DNA of 64,000 bases. Origin: Hormiphora californensis (taxonomy: Eukaryota; Animalia; Ctenophora). The stretch is taken from positions 8,370,001-8,434,000 of the forward strand of contig CM035354.1 of the NCBI GenBank assembly GCA_020137815.1, written 5' to 3'. Shown piece after piece: positions 1-23,968 of this stretch; position 1 is the first letter of the stretch; every line of letters begins with the position of its first letter. Both the position numbers and the translations under genes were made by a program. The notes under the pieces were generated by a model, which saw only the letters and a program-made list of their open reading frames with translations, was not told the origin of the DNA and ran no database searches.

Positions 1-83
<83 letters not shown>
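1..83. repeat. (CT)n microsatellite; similar CT/GA tracts at ~821-872, 5587-5644, 13078-13228, 13937-14128, 16260-16405, 19831-19965, 21822-21997, 33317-33408, 63637-63700
   Basis: Dinucleotide runs seen directly; they explain the ER/SL-rich spurious ORFs in the track. Confidence 0.97.
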
Positions 84-87
<4 letters not shown>

Positions 88-815
88 TTCTCAATTGTCA
101 CATACGCGTCCCTCATGGTGGCATTGGGAAGGGATAGCACGAGAGAAGCCTGGATAGATGGAGGTGAGAGAGAAAGATAGCTCATCACGCTAGACGTGTG
201 AAGAGCTATCAGTGAGAGTCACTAAACCACCCCCTGGACTAATACTATACAGCTAGTTAGTGCTAGATAATTGTACACGTGTACTTTGTGTACAAAGTAA
301 TACAAGATTTAATAATCGTGTACTTTGTGTACTTGACTGAGTACAATGGTACATGATCAGTGGTCATCTCTTCCTTCCTCTACACATTAATTACTGGGGT
401 CGTGCCCTATTCAGATTTATTCTGGATACCCCCGGGGGGCCCTCATTTTCTGCAAGGACCACGTATGATACCTTGTTATTGAGCGAAAGAGAGAAAGAGG
501 GTGAGCTCCCATTAGATCACTGTTAAAGCAATGTCCTCATTCACACAATATGGGGTCTCCTTTATCATCATAGTTATCCGTTTCTAACTATATCTCTTCT
601 CTTTCTCTCTTATATAGTATGTCTCTCCTTTATCCCCTTTACTTCTCTTTGCGAATAATAATGTAGCAGAGGTAGTAAAAAGTCACGAGGATTTCCCACG
701 TCACGCCCAGTTACAATGTGTTACAGGGGCTACTGTCGGGCTATTTTCTTCTCTCCTTCTCCTCCTGCAATGGAAGGAGAAATAATATGAAAAAGTTATG
801 ATGGAAGGAGAGAAA

Positions 816-876
<61 letters not shown>

Positions 877-2961
877 GTCAGAGAAGGATGTGCGGGGTCC
901 CTGTGTAAAAGATAATGTTTGGTACGCTACTTTTAGTCCACATGCATATATAATACCCTCAGGTTGTTGTTATCAGCTGTTATAACAAGCTTTTTACGGA
1001 AGTTGCCCGATTTCATATTTCTCTCCCCTTCAATATTCCCTCATATCATTATCTCCCCGTGTACTTTCTAGCTCCTTTTGGAAGGAGTGAGAGAAAATCC
1101 CCCTCTCCTTGCCCATTACTTCCCTTCTCTCCCTATCCTCCCCATCTCCCTCCCTCTCCTCCTTCTCCCTCCCTCTCCCCAGTACTTCCCCTCCCTCTCC
1201 CAAGAATAACTTCCCGTTCAGTACTACTGTGTAGTGAGTAGTTCTGAGAAAACATTGCCCCTGTATCGGATGTTGTCGTTGTACAGCTAAACACTGTGTT
1301 ATATAACTCACATCACTTCCTATACAGTTAGTAGTCAAATAGTAACAATAATATACCAGTTGACTGGTACCAATCATCAGGGAGGGGGGGGGCTTTCTAA
1401 GAATCCACACATTGTCAGACAACAAATAACCACGCCTCAGGGTATAAACCAGCTGGTACAGGACTGGTACAGGGGTGAAACCCAAACAATAGTGTTGTTG
1501 CCATATGGCCATTTAAATTCTCACACTAATGCAAATCTCCCTTGAACCTTTTAACAGGCATAGCGTGCCATCCCCCACCCCGACTTAGTATGTACCAAGC
1601 TATGTAGCTGCCCTACAGGTCACTATCTGGTCTCAGCCATTATTATTTCCAATACCCCCTCAGGAAACAAAGGTTTGCTGTGTGTTTCGACTCCAAGGAT
1701 GACAAATCAGAGATCACACCTGACCGCCAGCCAGTGTAAGTAAAGATATTATATCCCAGCTGATTAGCTGCAGTGATCCTGCAGTGATCCTGCCTTGTGA
1801 TACTGGGTTCTCATCTTGGTTTTTCTGATAGTGTGTTCATGATCCCGCCCTAGAAAAGTTACTGTTCAGATAGGCTAATGAGATCTGTGCAAGATTTAAA
1901 TAGGAAGTTTGATACTTTATCCCCAAGTACTGTGTGTGTGTGTTTTGTTACCTGATCTCACTCACACTGTACTCTCAAACAGCGTCAATGTGTCGCTGTA
2001 GTATCGTGATCTAATTAACCTATCTCTCCCTGAACAACTTGAAAATTCTAGACTGAAACTGTACTTTATTTTCTCAGACACGGCCTTATTTACACTTTTT
2101 TTCTGAAATCTCTGGTCCTGGAATACCGGCCTTTCTTTTACAAAGCAAGAATCATAGTCGGTGATAATAGATTCCCCACTCTGAGATATAGAAACGATGA
2201 AGTGATAAAAAATAGATGACTGCCAATAACCTTTCTGTTTCCCGATGTTAACCTTGATCCTTTCTTCCCAGGGTGAGTGCCTTCAGACGACAGAGTCTGG
2301 GAATGAGGGCCAGTATTAGGAAGGTTATCAAGAGTGTCAGTGGGAAACGGCCCGGTCCCGGATGGGGAAATGATGTGGTGAGTTGTTATTATGTAATACT
2401 GATCTCGCACCTTGAACCCGCTCGTTGGTCCCTGTTTTAATTTTAACAAACTCGCTCGTAAAAGGGGGAATGAACGAGTGGTGGGAGATTTTATAGGATT
2501 TTAGACAGTGGGACTGAGACAGGGTGAAATGCTCCTGGAGTGCTGCAATCATTGAGATGTAATGATGTGGCACATTGCAATCATTCAGCTGTCAATCTCT
2601 CCAGTCTACCGCACTCGTAATTTTCCGGAGGCTCTATCAGACTGATATAGCTGCTTAGAAAGTATGTTTTGTCACCATTTGTCCCACTCCTCTTCTCTAC
2701 AGAGGTACCAAACCCTCCTAGACATTCACTATCTCAGGGGCGTAATACTTGTCACCAATTAGACCAAATATGGAAATACTGTAGTCTACCGCTCCTCCCA
2801 CACACACACTACTCTGGAAATCTGATAGCATTAACTTCCTTCCAATTAAAACTGAGCAATTAACATCGCTCTCAACTCGGTAGGAGTGGGAGCAATACAA
2901 ATACTGTTCTTGTGTGACACGCAGCGCGTATATATTCCGTTAGATTGCAGGTCGAGTAGCT

Positions 2962-3044
2962 ACCAGGGTGTCCGAGTGGTTAAGGAGTTGGACTTAAGTT
3001 CCAATGTGCAGATGCACGCATGGGTTCGAACCCCATCCCTGGTA
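2962..3044 (+). tRNA. tRNA-Leu(TAA)
   Basis: Acceptor stem ACCAGGG/CCCTGGT plus discriminator A; D loop AGTGGTTAA; anticodon stem TTGGA/TCCAA with TAA at 2995-2997; long variable arm; T arm ATGGG-TTCGAAC-CCCAT; T5 Pol III terminator at 3049-3053. Confidence 0.95.
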
Positions 3045-3677
3045 TTGATTTTTGTCAAATTACCATCCCCTCTTTCCACCTTTTCCTGGACTTTTTGTAT
3101 GCTACCTAACTACTTTTCAGCGGCAGGGGAGCCTTTTGTGAGGTACCACGCCCTTTGAAACTGCAACTTTAATAGCTCAACTCAATCGTTTCCGCATTCG
3201 ATTCTGTTGGAGAAATTATAGATTTTATCGTCAATTATTACAAACTAAATTACAGCTGTAGATCCTATAAGATCACTCACTTTTTAAATAATTTAATATG
3301 TCAGCAAAATGGGTTTTCGCATCTCAAATTTCTGAACCGATAATTTACGAATGCATTTTGTAGTTATCAGTCAAGTATGTAATAATTTGGTGACCTAACA
3401 CGGGAGGAAGCCTCCCAAGTGAGCGAGTGTAGGAACCTAAGACACCACCTGGTTTTGTAACCCCTGAGAACCACCACCACTGCAGTAGCTACAAAGGGAG
3501 GGGAGAAACTTGACGGAAGGCGCGGTACTGTAATTTTAGGGGGTTCAGTTTAGAGGCGCGCGCGAGATCCAAGGGACACAACCACGCCGCATGATAGCTC
3601 TGACAAGGGCTACTGGGTCATACAGTTAACCAATCTGACTGGCACTACTGAGATCTTCTTAACACCATCTGTCTCTC

Positions 3678-5583
3678 ATGCAGGGCGAGGATTCGCTATC
3701 TATTACAACCACACTACTGGACTGCCCTAAAGATAAGATCACTGTCCACTGCAAAAAGGATGCCAGGACTTCTGAGATAGTTAGGAAGGCCGTGTTGAAA
3801 CTAGGATGGAACGAGAAAGATGCCTATAAATATGCCCTGGTTGAGGTTTATGATCCCAGATTTGGTATGAGACGATCCCAGCCGGCACTAAACACTGCTG
3901 TTGAACACAGTATACCATATGTGAAACTGAGAGGCATTATGGAACAACCTGTATTGATAAAGGCAGGCTGGATTAGAAAGGAACAGACTAGATACCTGCT
4001 GTGTCCTCGAGGTGTCATACTACGGGTAATTTGTCACACAATATGTCCTGTCAGTCTGTGTGTTGTGGATCTCTTGATATAGATCAATGTTTGTGTGAGA
4101 GAGAAAGAGCACTTCAGAATATGAGGCAATTCCTGCCCTAAATTAAGAAAGCATAGAGACAGAGACAGAGACAGAGAGAGAGAGAGAGAGATGTTGAGAT
4201 GTCACAGAATGATGCAGTGCATGTTAGGAATATTAACGTTTCATGCATCATTACATCACTATAGTATAGGCAACACGGGACCACACACACTGACACACTG
4301 ACAATATACTCAATCTCCCAGATTCTCGAGCTGAACAAGATGGTCCACGAGGGACTAAGTCTGGGACCACTCTCCCATGAGACGAAGGGGTATCTTCTAC
4401 AGTCCACAGGGCTGGCCGCTGGTAGGCTGAGTCTTATGTGGAGTAAGGTATGGGGAACACTCGATGGAACCTCTCTTGGACTGTTTGAAGATGAAGATGT
4501 AAGTTGGGTCAGTTACTAACATGATGTTATACACACTCCTCTATCTCCATGTTTATAATATCCTCCGTCTAGCTATTTAACCCATGCTAACCCCACCCTC
4601 TCCCAGTGTGAGGAGACGTGGGACGAGGAGCACGTTGTGACAGTTCAACATGCCTGTATCAGTGAGGCTAGATGTGACATGTTTACAGTGACAGATCTCC
4701 ACAACATTGAACACACCTTCCAGGTACCGTTCTCTAACATTCTCTAACATCATGGGCACAAGGTTGGAATGGGTTGATTCTTTCACATGCCTCCTTATTG
4801 GAGACCTAGTTGCACCTGTATGGCTCCCCTCTCTCAGAGAAAACCTATAATTGTACTGTTATCCATATGTAAAACATTTAATAGGCTACTGGCAATATGC
4901 CCGTTATTATGCGTACGGTAGTTTTCTCTCCCGATATATGGGTAGGAATTCTGGTAGTGATTATCATCATGGCTATTTGTCATTCTTACTGTAAAATGAA
5001 ATTCAACTGGAACTCTCTCTCTCTCCTTCATTATCTCTCTTTATTTCGCCCTCTCTCTCTATCTTTTATTCCTCAAGGCCACATTCCATTGCTGAAAGTT
5101 TCTTTTAGCGGAGGAGGAGCAATTCACACTAAAAAAGGATATGTTTTACCGAAATAAGACACTTTTCAACAACTCTAATTAAATGGAGATATATGTAACG
5201 AAAAATATTAGAAAGTGTTAAACCTAAACTTAGGTTCCGTCACCCCAATACCTGAACCCGCACTGTCTCACTTCCATTCTCTCTAAACCCCCTATCTTCC
5301 CTCTAACCCCCTGTCCCATGGTAACCCCGGCTGACCCCTGCCTCCTGTCCCATAACCCCACTGACCCCATGTCCCATAACCCCACTGACCCCCTGCCCTA
5401 TCTCCAGGCGGATGATAAAGACGATGCTACACGGTGGGTGGAGGCAATCAACGCAGCCCAACACTCCCATGCCCCTCCCTCCACACGACTGGCACTGTCA
5501 TCCAGTCTCCACACTGGCAAGGTACTGGGGGCTCTATTTCTCCCTCACTCTCTCTCTCTTTCTTTCACTCTCTACTATTTCAT

Positions 5584-5647
<64 letters not shown>

Positions 5648-7134
5648 CTCATATATCTTTTTCTCTCAATTCTCGCTTCTTGTCTTTTCTTATAAGCTGG
5701 TGTGAATCTTGCGGGTTGCAGCCTCATTGGAGCCAAGCAAGAAACACATATCATGTGGAAACTTATTATATATATTATTGGCAAAGCTGAAGTTAAGATA
5801 CCGGGGGGAAACCAGAAGAGAGAAAAGAAAGAATAATTACCAAAATTCAATAAACTCCCGCCCTATTACAAAAATAGCAGGGCTGTTCTTCCTTTTTTAT
5901 CTCCCCGCCTTGTTTATCTTCTAATGAGAACCCTCTTGCACAGCGCCCTCCCTCACATGATATTGCACTTCCAGTACCATGAAATGTACAATGACTGACC
6001 TCCCCTCCCCACAGTTGTTAGTGATAACAGGTATAGAGGGGGACGACTGCACGGTCAACTACGGTCACAAGCACGTCACATTGAGGAGAGATGAGATGTT
6101 CTTCCTACATAATGGAGAGAGGCTGAGTGCCAGCATGGTGGACTGGACTGGGGTGGATATTATTAAACACTGTCAGAACAGTAAGTTGTGGAGATGCTTT
6201 CGTCAGTAAATGTTATTACACACTGCCAAGTCTGAAGTCTCACCGAGAGAGACTTCATAGTTCATATCAACGAGTCACCCTTCCGTAGCCTACGGACCGT
6301 CATAGGTGCCACTTGTCTTGCTCGACCCTGTCTCACCAAATCCCGCACCCGAAAAAATAAAGGGTGTGAACACCAGATCTTCTTCTTCTAGTCGTTACAA
6401 TAACACTCGCCCTGCAGGCACAAGTAGTACTCCGAATGGAATCAAGATAGTGTTTAACCACACTAAAAGGTTCAACCTGTATCCCAGTACACATGAGGAC
6501 TTCTTTGCTTGGGCCAGTGCACTACACAAAGCTGCCATCCAGCTCAACAAGACAGAGGTAAGTGTGCCATAACTGAAACTCCTACATCTAATCAGCTAAT
6601 ACCACCCCCCCCCTACATTACCAACCCCTACTCTAGCCCTTCTACCACCCCCATATACTACCCTAAATTGTACCTTTATCCCAGCTTTACCAACCCCTAC
6701 TTGCAGGTTATCAGGAACTCCAGTCTAAATGTCCTAAAGAATGGGGACAGTGAGACAAGAAGTGGGAGTCCTGACTCTGGGATACTAAGTAGTGATTCTG
6801 TTAAGGTTAACACGGTGGCCACAGTAGCTACCCCTTCCCCTGATATAGAGGACAGTTTCTCTGAGCTAAATAGGAGTATCCGTATAGAGGAAATTAGGTA
6901 AATGGGGTAAAATATTATCGAGAAAATACATGTGAATTCTAAAATGTGATGTTACCTCTAACTTAACACTGCATCTCTCCCCTCAGTACTAATAACGATC
7001 AGTTTTCACCACTCCGGCTGGGCCGATCCTGTAGCTCTCCACCTCCTCTGCCTCCCCGCAACAAGCCCTTTATGAGGTCAGCCTCCTCCCCTCCCAACAG
7101 ACCTCTACCGGCCATACCGAGCCAGGCAAATTGA
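3678..7134 (+). CDS. Multi-exon adaptor: Ras-association/ubiquitin-like domain, two PH-like domains, Pro-rich tail (5' end uncertain)
   Basis: Exons at ~3678-4025, 4322-4498, 4607-4722, 5408-5520, 6014-6180, 6418-6557, 6708-6897, 6987-7134 with GT-AG junctions. RA-like TSEIVRKAVLKLG..YKYALVEV; PH signatures KGYL..WSKVWGTLDG..FQADDKDDATRWVEAINAA and FNLYPSTHEDFFAWASALHKA; tail PPPLPPR and RPLPAIP. Confidence 0.7.
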
Positions 7135-7778
7135 TAAACGAGACACTAAAGAGAGGCGAAACTGAGTTTTTTTATGTTTTTTTCAGCGGGTGGGCTTGGG
7201 ACAGTATTATTTGTTTTGAAAATCGCACAAAAATTTCGAGGCTTGATTGATATTTATTTTTCGTTCGAAAATATACCCTCTGTGTTATTCCCTCCGGCCG
7301 TGAGATGCGTCTGTGTGATCCACAGAGAGCTCACGATTATGTATTGATATTCAGCATTTCATTTTAAAAACTACATGACTCCTTTCATTTGTATATCGCT
7401 CAAAAATATTTAGACCTGTTTTGTAAAATTTTGCATCTCAAAAGAGCTTGTACAAAGCGCACGCGCTGACTTCACTTGAAAACGCTGCAACAAAGTGCCG
7501 CGCAAAATAACGAAACACAGATTTGGATTGCGCCGCGCGGGGTTAACTTAAAGTTGAAATTTTTACACTTTTTTGGATTTTTTTTAAAACGTTTTCGCTT
7601 TTTGGATTTTCTTTTTTCAGTTTCCGTGGTTTTAGAAGGATTAGAGACATTTCACATTTCAATGATTCATTTATGAATCGTCTTCCTCCCAATCTTTAAA
7701 GTTAAAATTCATGACTGTGTGGGCCTGTATTGGCGTGTCTGTCCTGTCGACTAGATAGCTCCGCATTTCGTCGCCTTG

Positions 7779-8388
7779 CAGGGACGGCGCTCGTGGGTGT
7801 CCGGGTGTCCGCGGACACCCAGACCAAAAAGACGGGGAGAGAAAAGAAGAAAAAATGGAAAAAAACAAAAAGAATTTGAAAAAAATCGGTGAAAACTGCG
7901 AAATTTTCGATTTGCGCGCAGCCAGGTGTCCGGAGCTCTGCCGGACACCCAGGTGCACTGCGCGCACCTGTAACGCACGGCAGAGCATAAAGAGGGTTCT
8001 TCCGCGCGCCACAGTGCATTTTGACGTGACCAAGGTGTCCGGTTCACCCAGAAAGTTGTGTGCGCGCGGATGAGTTTTTTCTTGTGATCAGAAAACTTTC
8101 ATCTTTTTTTCCATTTTTCACAAAAGGAGTTCAGAAATGCTTAAAATCGTTTAAAAACGCCTCAAAATGTCCGAAATTTTCGGGGGGCTTCGCCCCCTCT
8201 ACCCCCACCGGGGCTTGCAGCCCCTGGACCCTGCCTGCGGGGGCTCTGCCCCCTACACCCCCGCCGGGGCTGCGCCCCTGGACCCTGCTTGTGGGGGGTT
8301 TCACCCCCCACACCCCCTGACCGAGGCTGCCGCCCCTGGCCCCGGACACCCAGGGACTTGCTGGGCCGAAGGCCCAGCGCCGTCCCTG
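7779..8388. mobile_element. Non-autonomous hAT-like element (MITE)
   Basis: 13-bp TIR CAGGGACGGCGCT/AGCGCCGTCCCTG; perfect 8-bp TSD TCGCCTTG (7771-7778, 8389-8396); GC-rich subterminal repeats. Confidence 0.9.
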
Positions 8389-8619
8389 TCGCCTTGGCGT
8401 CTCCTTCGTGCCACTTGTCGTCCCATGCGCATCCTATTAGCTCTTTAATTGATTTACAGGAAACTATCTTTATTCAAATCCTTCAAAATTAGCTTGATGG
8501 CTATAGAGTGCTCAATCTTTTCAGAGAGCTATTAACACGAAAACCAAAGAAAACGAATTTTCTTTGGTTTTCGTGTTTATTCAAATCCCAGTGATTATAC
8601 ATGTTGGAAACAGACAACT

Positions 8620-9054
8620 CAGGGGCGGTGCGCGGCGTTCATTCACGAAAAAATTTTGGGTCCAGCGCTGCAGAAAATGCATTTAAATGTAACACGTGAA
8701 GGTGGTCTGGACCACATTGGTCAATAGCGCTGCCACATTATACTCCATTTTTTTTCAACTGTTCACCCCCCAAAGTCGTGCGCGGAATTGTTTTGCGCGT
8801 TTATCACATGTTAACGTGTAGCGCGCGCCACCCAAATTTTAATTTTTATTAAATTTCAGTTTTTGGGTGAACAGTTGAAAAAAAATGGACTTTAGCTTTT
8901 TCTCGCGCGAATTCGTTTTTTAAATTGAAAATCGGCTCATTTTTTCACTTTTTTGGCGATTTTTCACTTTTTGGCAAGTTTTCCCATTTTCTTCTCTTCT
9001 TTCGTCCAAAAAGTAGGTCCTGGACCCATTGGACCCAGCCTTGCTTCGCCCCTG
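8620..9054. mobile_element. hAT-like MITE containing a nested TA-flanked MITE (8741-8892)
   Basis: Termini CAGGGGCG/CGCCCCTG with 8-bp TSD AGACAACT (8612-8619, 9055-9062). The inner palindromic element resembles the 30990 family. The same right end recurs near 59375-59402. Confidence 0.85.
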
Positions 9055-9131
9055 AGACAACTTTCAATCAAAACGAACGATCATCATAGGAAGATTAACA
9101 AAGTTCACTATTTTGAAGGATAGCAAACACG

Positions 9132-13692
<4,561 letters not shown>

Positions 13693-13836
13693 GTAGGAAC
13701 CGTCACTAACCATGCCTTTAGTCAATATCATGTGAACAGTGAAGCTAAACATTTCAATTTCCCAGCTCCCAGTAGAAGAGATCCCAACCCTAGGATCTAT
13801 AACCCAGTCTCTCCTAACTCGATTATCCAACCCTCG

Positions 13837-13936
13837 NNNNNNNNNNNNNNNNNNNNNNNNNNNNNNNNNNNNNNNNNNNNNNNNNNNNNNNNNNNNNNNN
13901 NNNNNNNNNNNNNNNNNNNNNNNNNNNNNNNNNNNN
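13837..13936. other. Assembly gap (100-N placeholder)
   Basis: Exactly 100 N bordered by a GA tract. Confidence 0.99.
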
Positions 13937-14007
13937 GAGAGAGAGAAGAGAGAGAAGGGAGAAAAAGAGGGGAGAGAAAGAGAGACCCAGAGAGGAGAGG
14001 CAGAGAT

Positions 14008-14087
<80 letters not shown>

Positions 14088-16281
14088 GAGAGGAGAGAGA
14101 GAGAGAGAGGGAGAGAGAGCGAGTGAGAGTCATTAGTTGGGGTGCCCTAGTTGAACCCTCAGGCCAGAGCGAAGAGAGCATGTCAACGTTCTCTCTGTCC
14201 CCTCACTGCACTAGCCATGCATCAATCTTTCAAAAGAGAAGAGCCCTATTTTTGAGGGTTTATTGGGGATACAGAGGTTCTCCCTCCTTTCCAATTTGTA
14301 CCCATATCTCTTTCGCCTATCTTTTATTCCTGTTCATAACTAGCTTGTCCTGTCTATGTCATCGAGACAAATTCATGAAATTTTGGTTTTTTTTTGCTTG
14401 CTTTAAGGTTGGCCGCCTTTGATTAGTGAAACACAGAAACCTTAGTACATTTAATTGGAGTATGATTTTCGTCTTTCTGTTCTCGTTTCTTTTTCCCTTC
14501 TATCAGCTTCAAGAGACGAAGCTTGTTGTGCAATGTACATCGGGCATCCCCTCCGAATTCCTTACACACGACCACTAGAGAAGTTCCTTGGCCATGTCGT
14601 GATACGAGGGCGACCTCTCTGACGGCGCCATACCACATTTTGACAATGCGCTCAGATCAACTCGGTGCCACCGGACAGCAAGAGTCTGATTTGAGGATTT
14701 TCCCGCCGGGTGAAATTGAAATTGTGTCTTGATATTCACATCTAATAATCATTGGCCCAAACTCCTCTGTATGTGACGGCCAGGGTGGCTATACCGACCT
14801 ATAGATATATGACTCGAATGAGACTGGGGGTTCAGTGGTTAGGTGAGCAACTTTGTGTGCGACTGTGTGTAGACTTGACCACCTGCCCCAACTCTCCCGC
14901 CATGGTCCCGCAATTGTTTGTTGTACACCTGCTGAAAAAGCGGAGGGAGAGGGAGAATAGAGATCTCTGAAGTTGTGATACTTTCTAAGGCATCAGAGTT
15001 CAGACGGCTTTGTTGTGAATATTTTAATTACATGTTTTGATGCTTTACAGTCCGGTTTCAGTAGTGTGATGCCACGAGACTGGCTTGAATCAGGAAAGAT
15101 GGTACTTGGTTGCATAATACCGCCAAGATAATGTCTGTGAAGTTGGAATCCCGATTTTCCGGTAAATTCTGACCCGACATTCTGGGGGACAGCCTTGGTG
15201 ATGACATCCCCTATTATGTGTAGGGGTGACTGCGTCACCAAGGGACAGCCTTGCCACGCATGACACTAGGCAAGGACGCGAATCGCAAATTCTAGCCCCA
15301 TTCCCTGCAGGGCCCTTGCAAGGGGAAACCTCAAACAAGACCTGAAATCCAGTGATTGACTCGTGGAGCTTGTAGGACAGCCTGTATAGTGATTGCATTT
15401 CCCTGCACCTCATTAGGACTAATATAGCACACCGCCCCCTGCAAGTACAATTCGTGTGGAGGCTATTATTATGCCTAAACAAGGTTGAAGAGAAATTTTG
15501 TATACTGGACTCTTAGCATACCTAGTTAATTAGACGATCTATAATTGCTATCATCTCTATTTGAATTCCGAAAAGTCATATTGAGGATATCAGCTGTTGC
15601 AACTGATCACATGAGACTTGTCCCATGTGAGTGTAATATATCGGGTATACAGCTGCAGTGGGTGAACCCCTGAGGAGTCAAGTTTAGAAGGGGGGAGGGA
15701 GAGATTGGAGTTGTCAGAGACTTGGTCGGGTGGAACTGGTAGTGAGGTTTAGATAATTGAAGAAAGCTAAAGGGGAATGGGATGTTTCAATTTGAGATTT
15801 CCTGCTCTGGTTCATTTGAAGTAATTTTATGCTAGTATTGGAATATGCAATATTTTTTGTGTTCCTTTCCGTTCCTTTTTCTCTTAGTCTTAGCGTTGCT
15901 CTCATTCTGTTACTGCAATCTTTTTCTCTTTTTTCTCCCTGCCTTTCTCTCTCTTTCTCCATTACTATCTCAGATTCTCTTTCTATTTCCCTCCCTCTAT
16001 CTCCACAGACATTGAACATAGACATCGACCCAGACCAGAGTGAACCACACTGCCGGTATGAGGTTCATTTCAGGGTGCTTTCTCTCTCTCAATCTTAGAA
16101 CGAGCAGCTACAATAAGGGGCTGAGCGAAGAGAGGATGCATGTCTGGGGATGGCAGTCTGTAGCAGTATAGGAAGCGAATCAATCAGATGAAGAGCGCGA
16201 GAGAACGAAGGAGGAGTAGTTATAGTTACGAGGATAGTCTGCACAACATTCGAGCTTTCTCTCTTTCTCTTCCTCTTCTCT

Positions 16282-16350
<69 letters not shown>

Positions 16351-17513
16351 TCCCCTCTCTCTCCCCTCTCTCTCCCCTCTCTATCTCTCTCTCTCTTCCT
16401 CTCTCTGACGCTCACTTCCAGTCTCTTCTGCCTCAGATTTCGCCTGTGTCTAAAGTTAGATGTGGTTGCTTGCAATGGGAGTGCTGCGGTTTCAACCGGA
16501 CAGCCACCATCCCTCTATCTCTCAGCTCCTATCTTTCTATCTTTATCTCTAAAGCTGTCCTTTTCTTTTCTCCGCAGCGTCACAGAATAAAGATCATCTC
16601 TCCATTTTTTCTATTTTCTACAACAACAATCACACATGTACTTAGCTACTTAGCTTCCTACGGACTTCCCGTCTCACTCAATATTATCAGTATCTCGCCG
16701 CGATCTCCGTCAACCTTTTTATTTCTCCGTCGTCCACGAAGTGGGAGTTGTTGTCTCTCGGGGAGTTGCTGTCTCCCTACTATAACTACATGTATCTACT
16801 GGGGGAGTTGTTGTTACTTGGTGGGGCGGGTGTCTGGTCCCCTCAGGGGAAGATTAGGGGGAAAAACTTATTAGAAAAGAGACCATGAAAAAACCGTACT
16901 ACTAATCCCCCCCTTCCCTCCCCCCCCTTCCTCCCTCCCTTCCCCTAACGCACCGGAGAGTCTCAATACGCTTCTCTGGCTAAGAGATGGTTCGCCCCCG
17001 CACACGCCAACAGTCAAGCCCTAAGGGTGGTGGGATTTGAGAATGACTTTTTGTCATCTTCCCTCAAAATTTTGGGCATATTGACCTTTGAAAAAACCGG
17101 ATTTTTGGGAATTCTTGAGGTTTCAATACCATGGCCGTCTTTTTTTTGACTGTTTTCATCAGTTATCTTTGGGCCATGTCGTTGTTTTTTATTTCTTCTT
17201 TTCAGTTAGTTTACGCCCCCTTTTATTCCCCGTCCCCCCATTCTAAAACCCGGGAAAAAAAAGTTTTCCCCCCGAAAAGCCTTATAATAATGCAAGATCC
17301 GGGCACCGAGGGATCCTTTTCGTCGGGGGGGGCTGATGGCACCCCAGATAGAAGCATCTTACACGGAAAACCCCTGAGGTTGTGTAGTTCCCAGAGGTCC
17401 CCGCATACTGGTTCTGTGTGTTTTGATGTAGGGGGGGCAAATTTGGGGGGGTTTTAAAAAATTTGGTGGGGGTTTTTTTTTAACCCCCTCTTTTTCCCCC
17501 CTACTGTTTCTAG

Positions 17514-22481
<4,968 letters not shown>

Positions 22482-23968
22482 TACCGGGCTGTGTTTGTCA
22501 GAGAAACGTGCGAGGGGTAAATTATGTGTTGAAGTACTGGGCGAGAGAGGAGAGACAATTATAAGAGAGTTCCAAGCTGAGTTTGCTTGTTTTTGTTATT
22601 ACGTTCAAATTCACACACGCACACAACAGTTTAGTGTCGAGTACAATACAGGTCCGGACCACCAAGCAAATCTGTTGTATTAGCAATTGAAATGCGACAA
22701 GGCACTCGTGGTTCAACTGTTATATGATTTCCAGTAAGGATTTTTATTTATCATTTGATATTATTTCACACACAAGTGTTACACACACACGACACACGAC
22801 ACACAGACACACACGTTCCCACGTTCCACTTGATCGACAACTGGAGCTACCATCTCCAGCGGCATTAGTTCAATAACAACTGAACCCAATAATATTACAC
22901 ATCATTTCCAAGAGAGACAATTAATATCCCCCAACTGCACACACACACACATGAAACACAGGCTAACTGAACCTTTTTCGTACTTTTATACCGGATTGTA
23001 AAATAAATTAACTGACTAGAGAGTAAGGCCCAGATATATTATACTGTGAATAAAGGGGCCAATGAAAGAGAGTGTGTGTTTTCAGTAGATTTATTTTCAG
23101 TTAATTATTAAGTGCGTGTGTGTCACGTATTTGTGCAAGTTAATTTTGTTCTAACTTCTATGCATATAACCCCAACAAAACTAACGCCGTTTTTCTTGTA
23201 ATTTCCTACTCACTGTCTCAGTGATTAGTAGATCGGCCGATCTGAGGATCAAAGCGGCCACGGGGACCCAGGACTGGACTGGTGCCGCAGTTGAATCAGG
23301 CATATTTGACTGGGAGCAAATATTGACATGTGCGGTCTTCAAAGCAGGCTGAAATATGTCGTGACTATAATGGCCAGGGAGCAACTAAATGGCTCAGTGT
23401 CAAGAGGTACACTGCAGGACTGAGGACAGTATGGGGACCCGGGAGAAACATGCATCACAGAGTAATATACGGAGTGAGCAAAAAGGGGGGAACGCAAATC
23501 AAGAGTGGAGCAATGGTGTGGGGAGGATCGATTGAAATTGCCTACTAAATAAAGGAAGATTGTGATTAGTCCAATATAAAACCAACCCGTACCGCCTGCT
23601 GCTCAAAAATATTCACGGAATGATTTGGCTCCTTATTTAACAGAATAATGGTGAGAGATGTGTTGTTTGCTATTGTTTGTTGTGATTACACGGTTCATGG
23701 ATATAATTAGGTGGGACAACCTTTGTAATAAAGGTTGCTAACAAAATACTACATACAACTAACACGAGATATAGAGTTCCTGGTATCACACCCTATTACA
23801 AGGAGTCTCCAATACTGAACTATCCTAAATCCTTACCTATGAGAACTGGTACATCACATGAATTTACAACACAGTGCCTGCTGTTTAATTTTATCAGGTT
23901 GAAATGTTCAGTTTCGGATAGACTTTCCCACGGTTTCCACTTCCGCGCGCCCTCTTCATATCATTCAA

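Noticed and set aside
14500-15530. Coding-like stretch as a FANCI continuation or LINE fragment
   Set aside because: No recognisable motif, and no consistent spliced ORF in any frame.
17290-17380. MQDPGTEG.. as the homeobox first coding exon
   Set aside because: Splice phase does not match the next exon as assembled. The 17040-17500 region has many long homopolymers suggesting low quality, so it was left unresolved.
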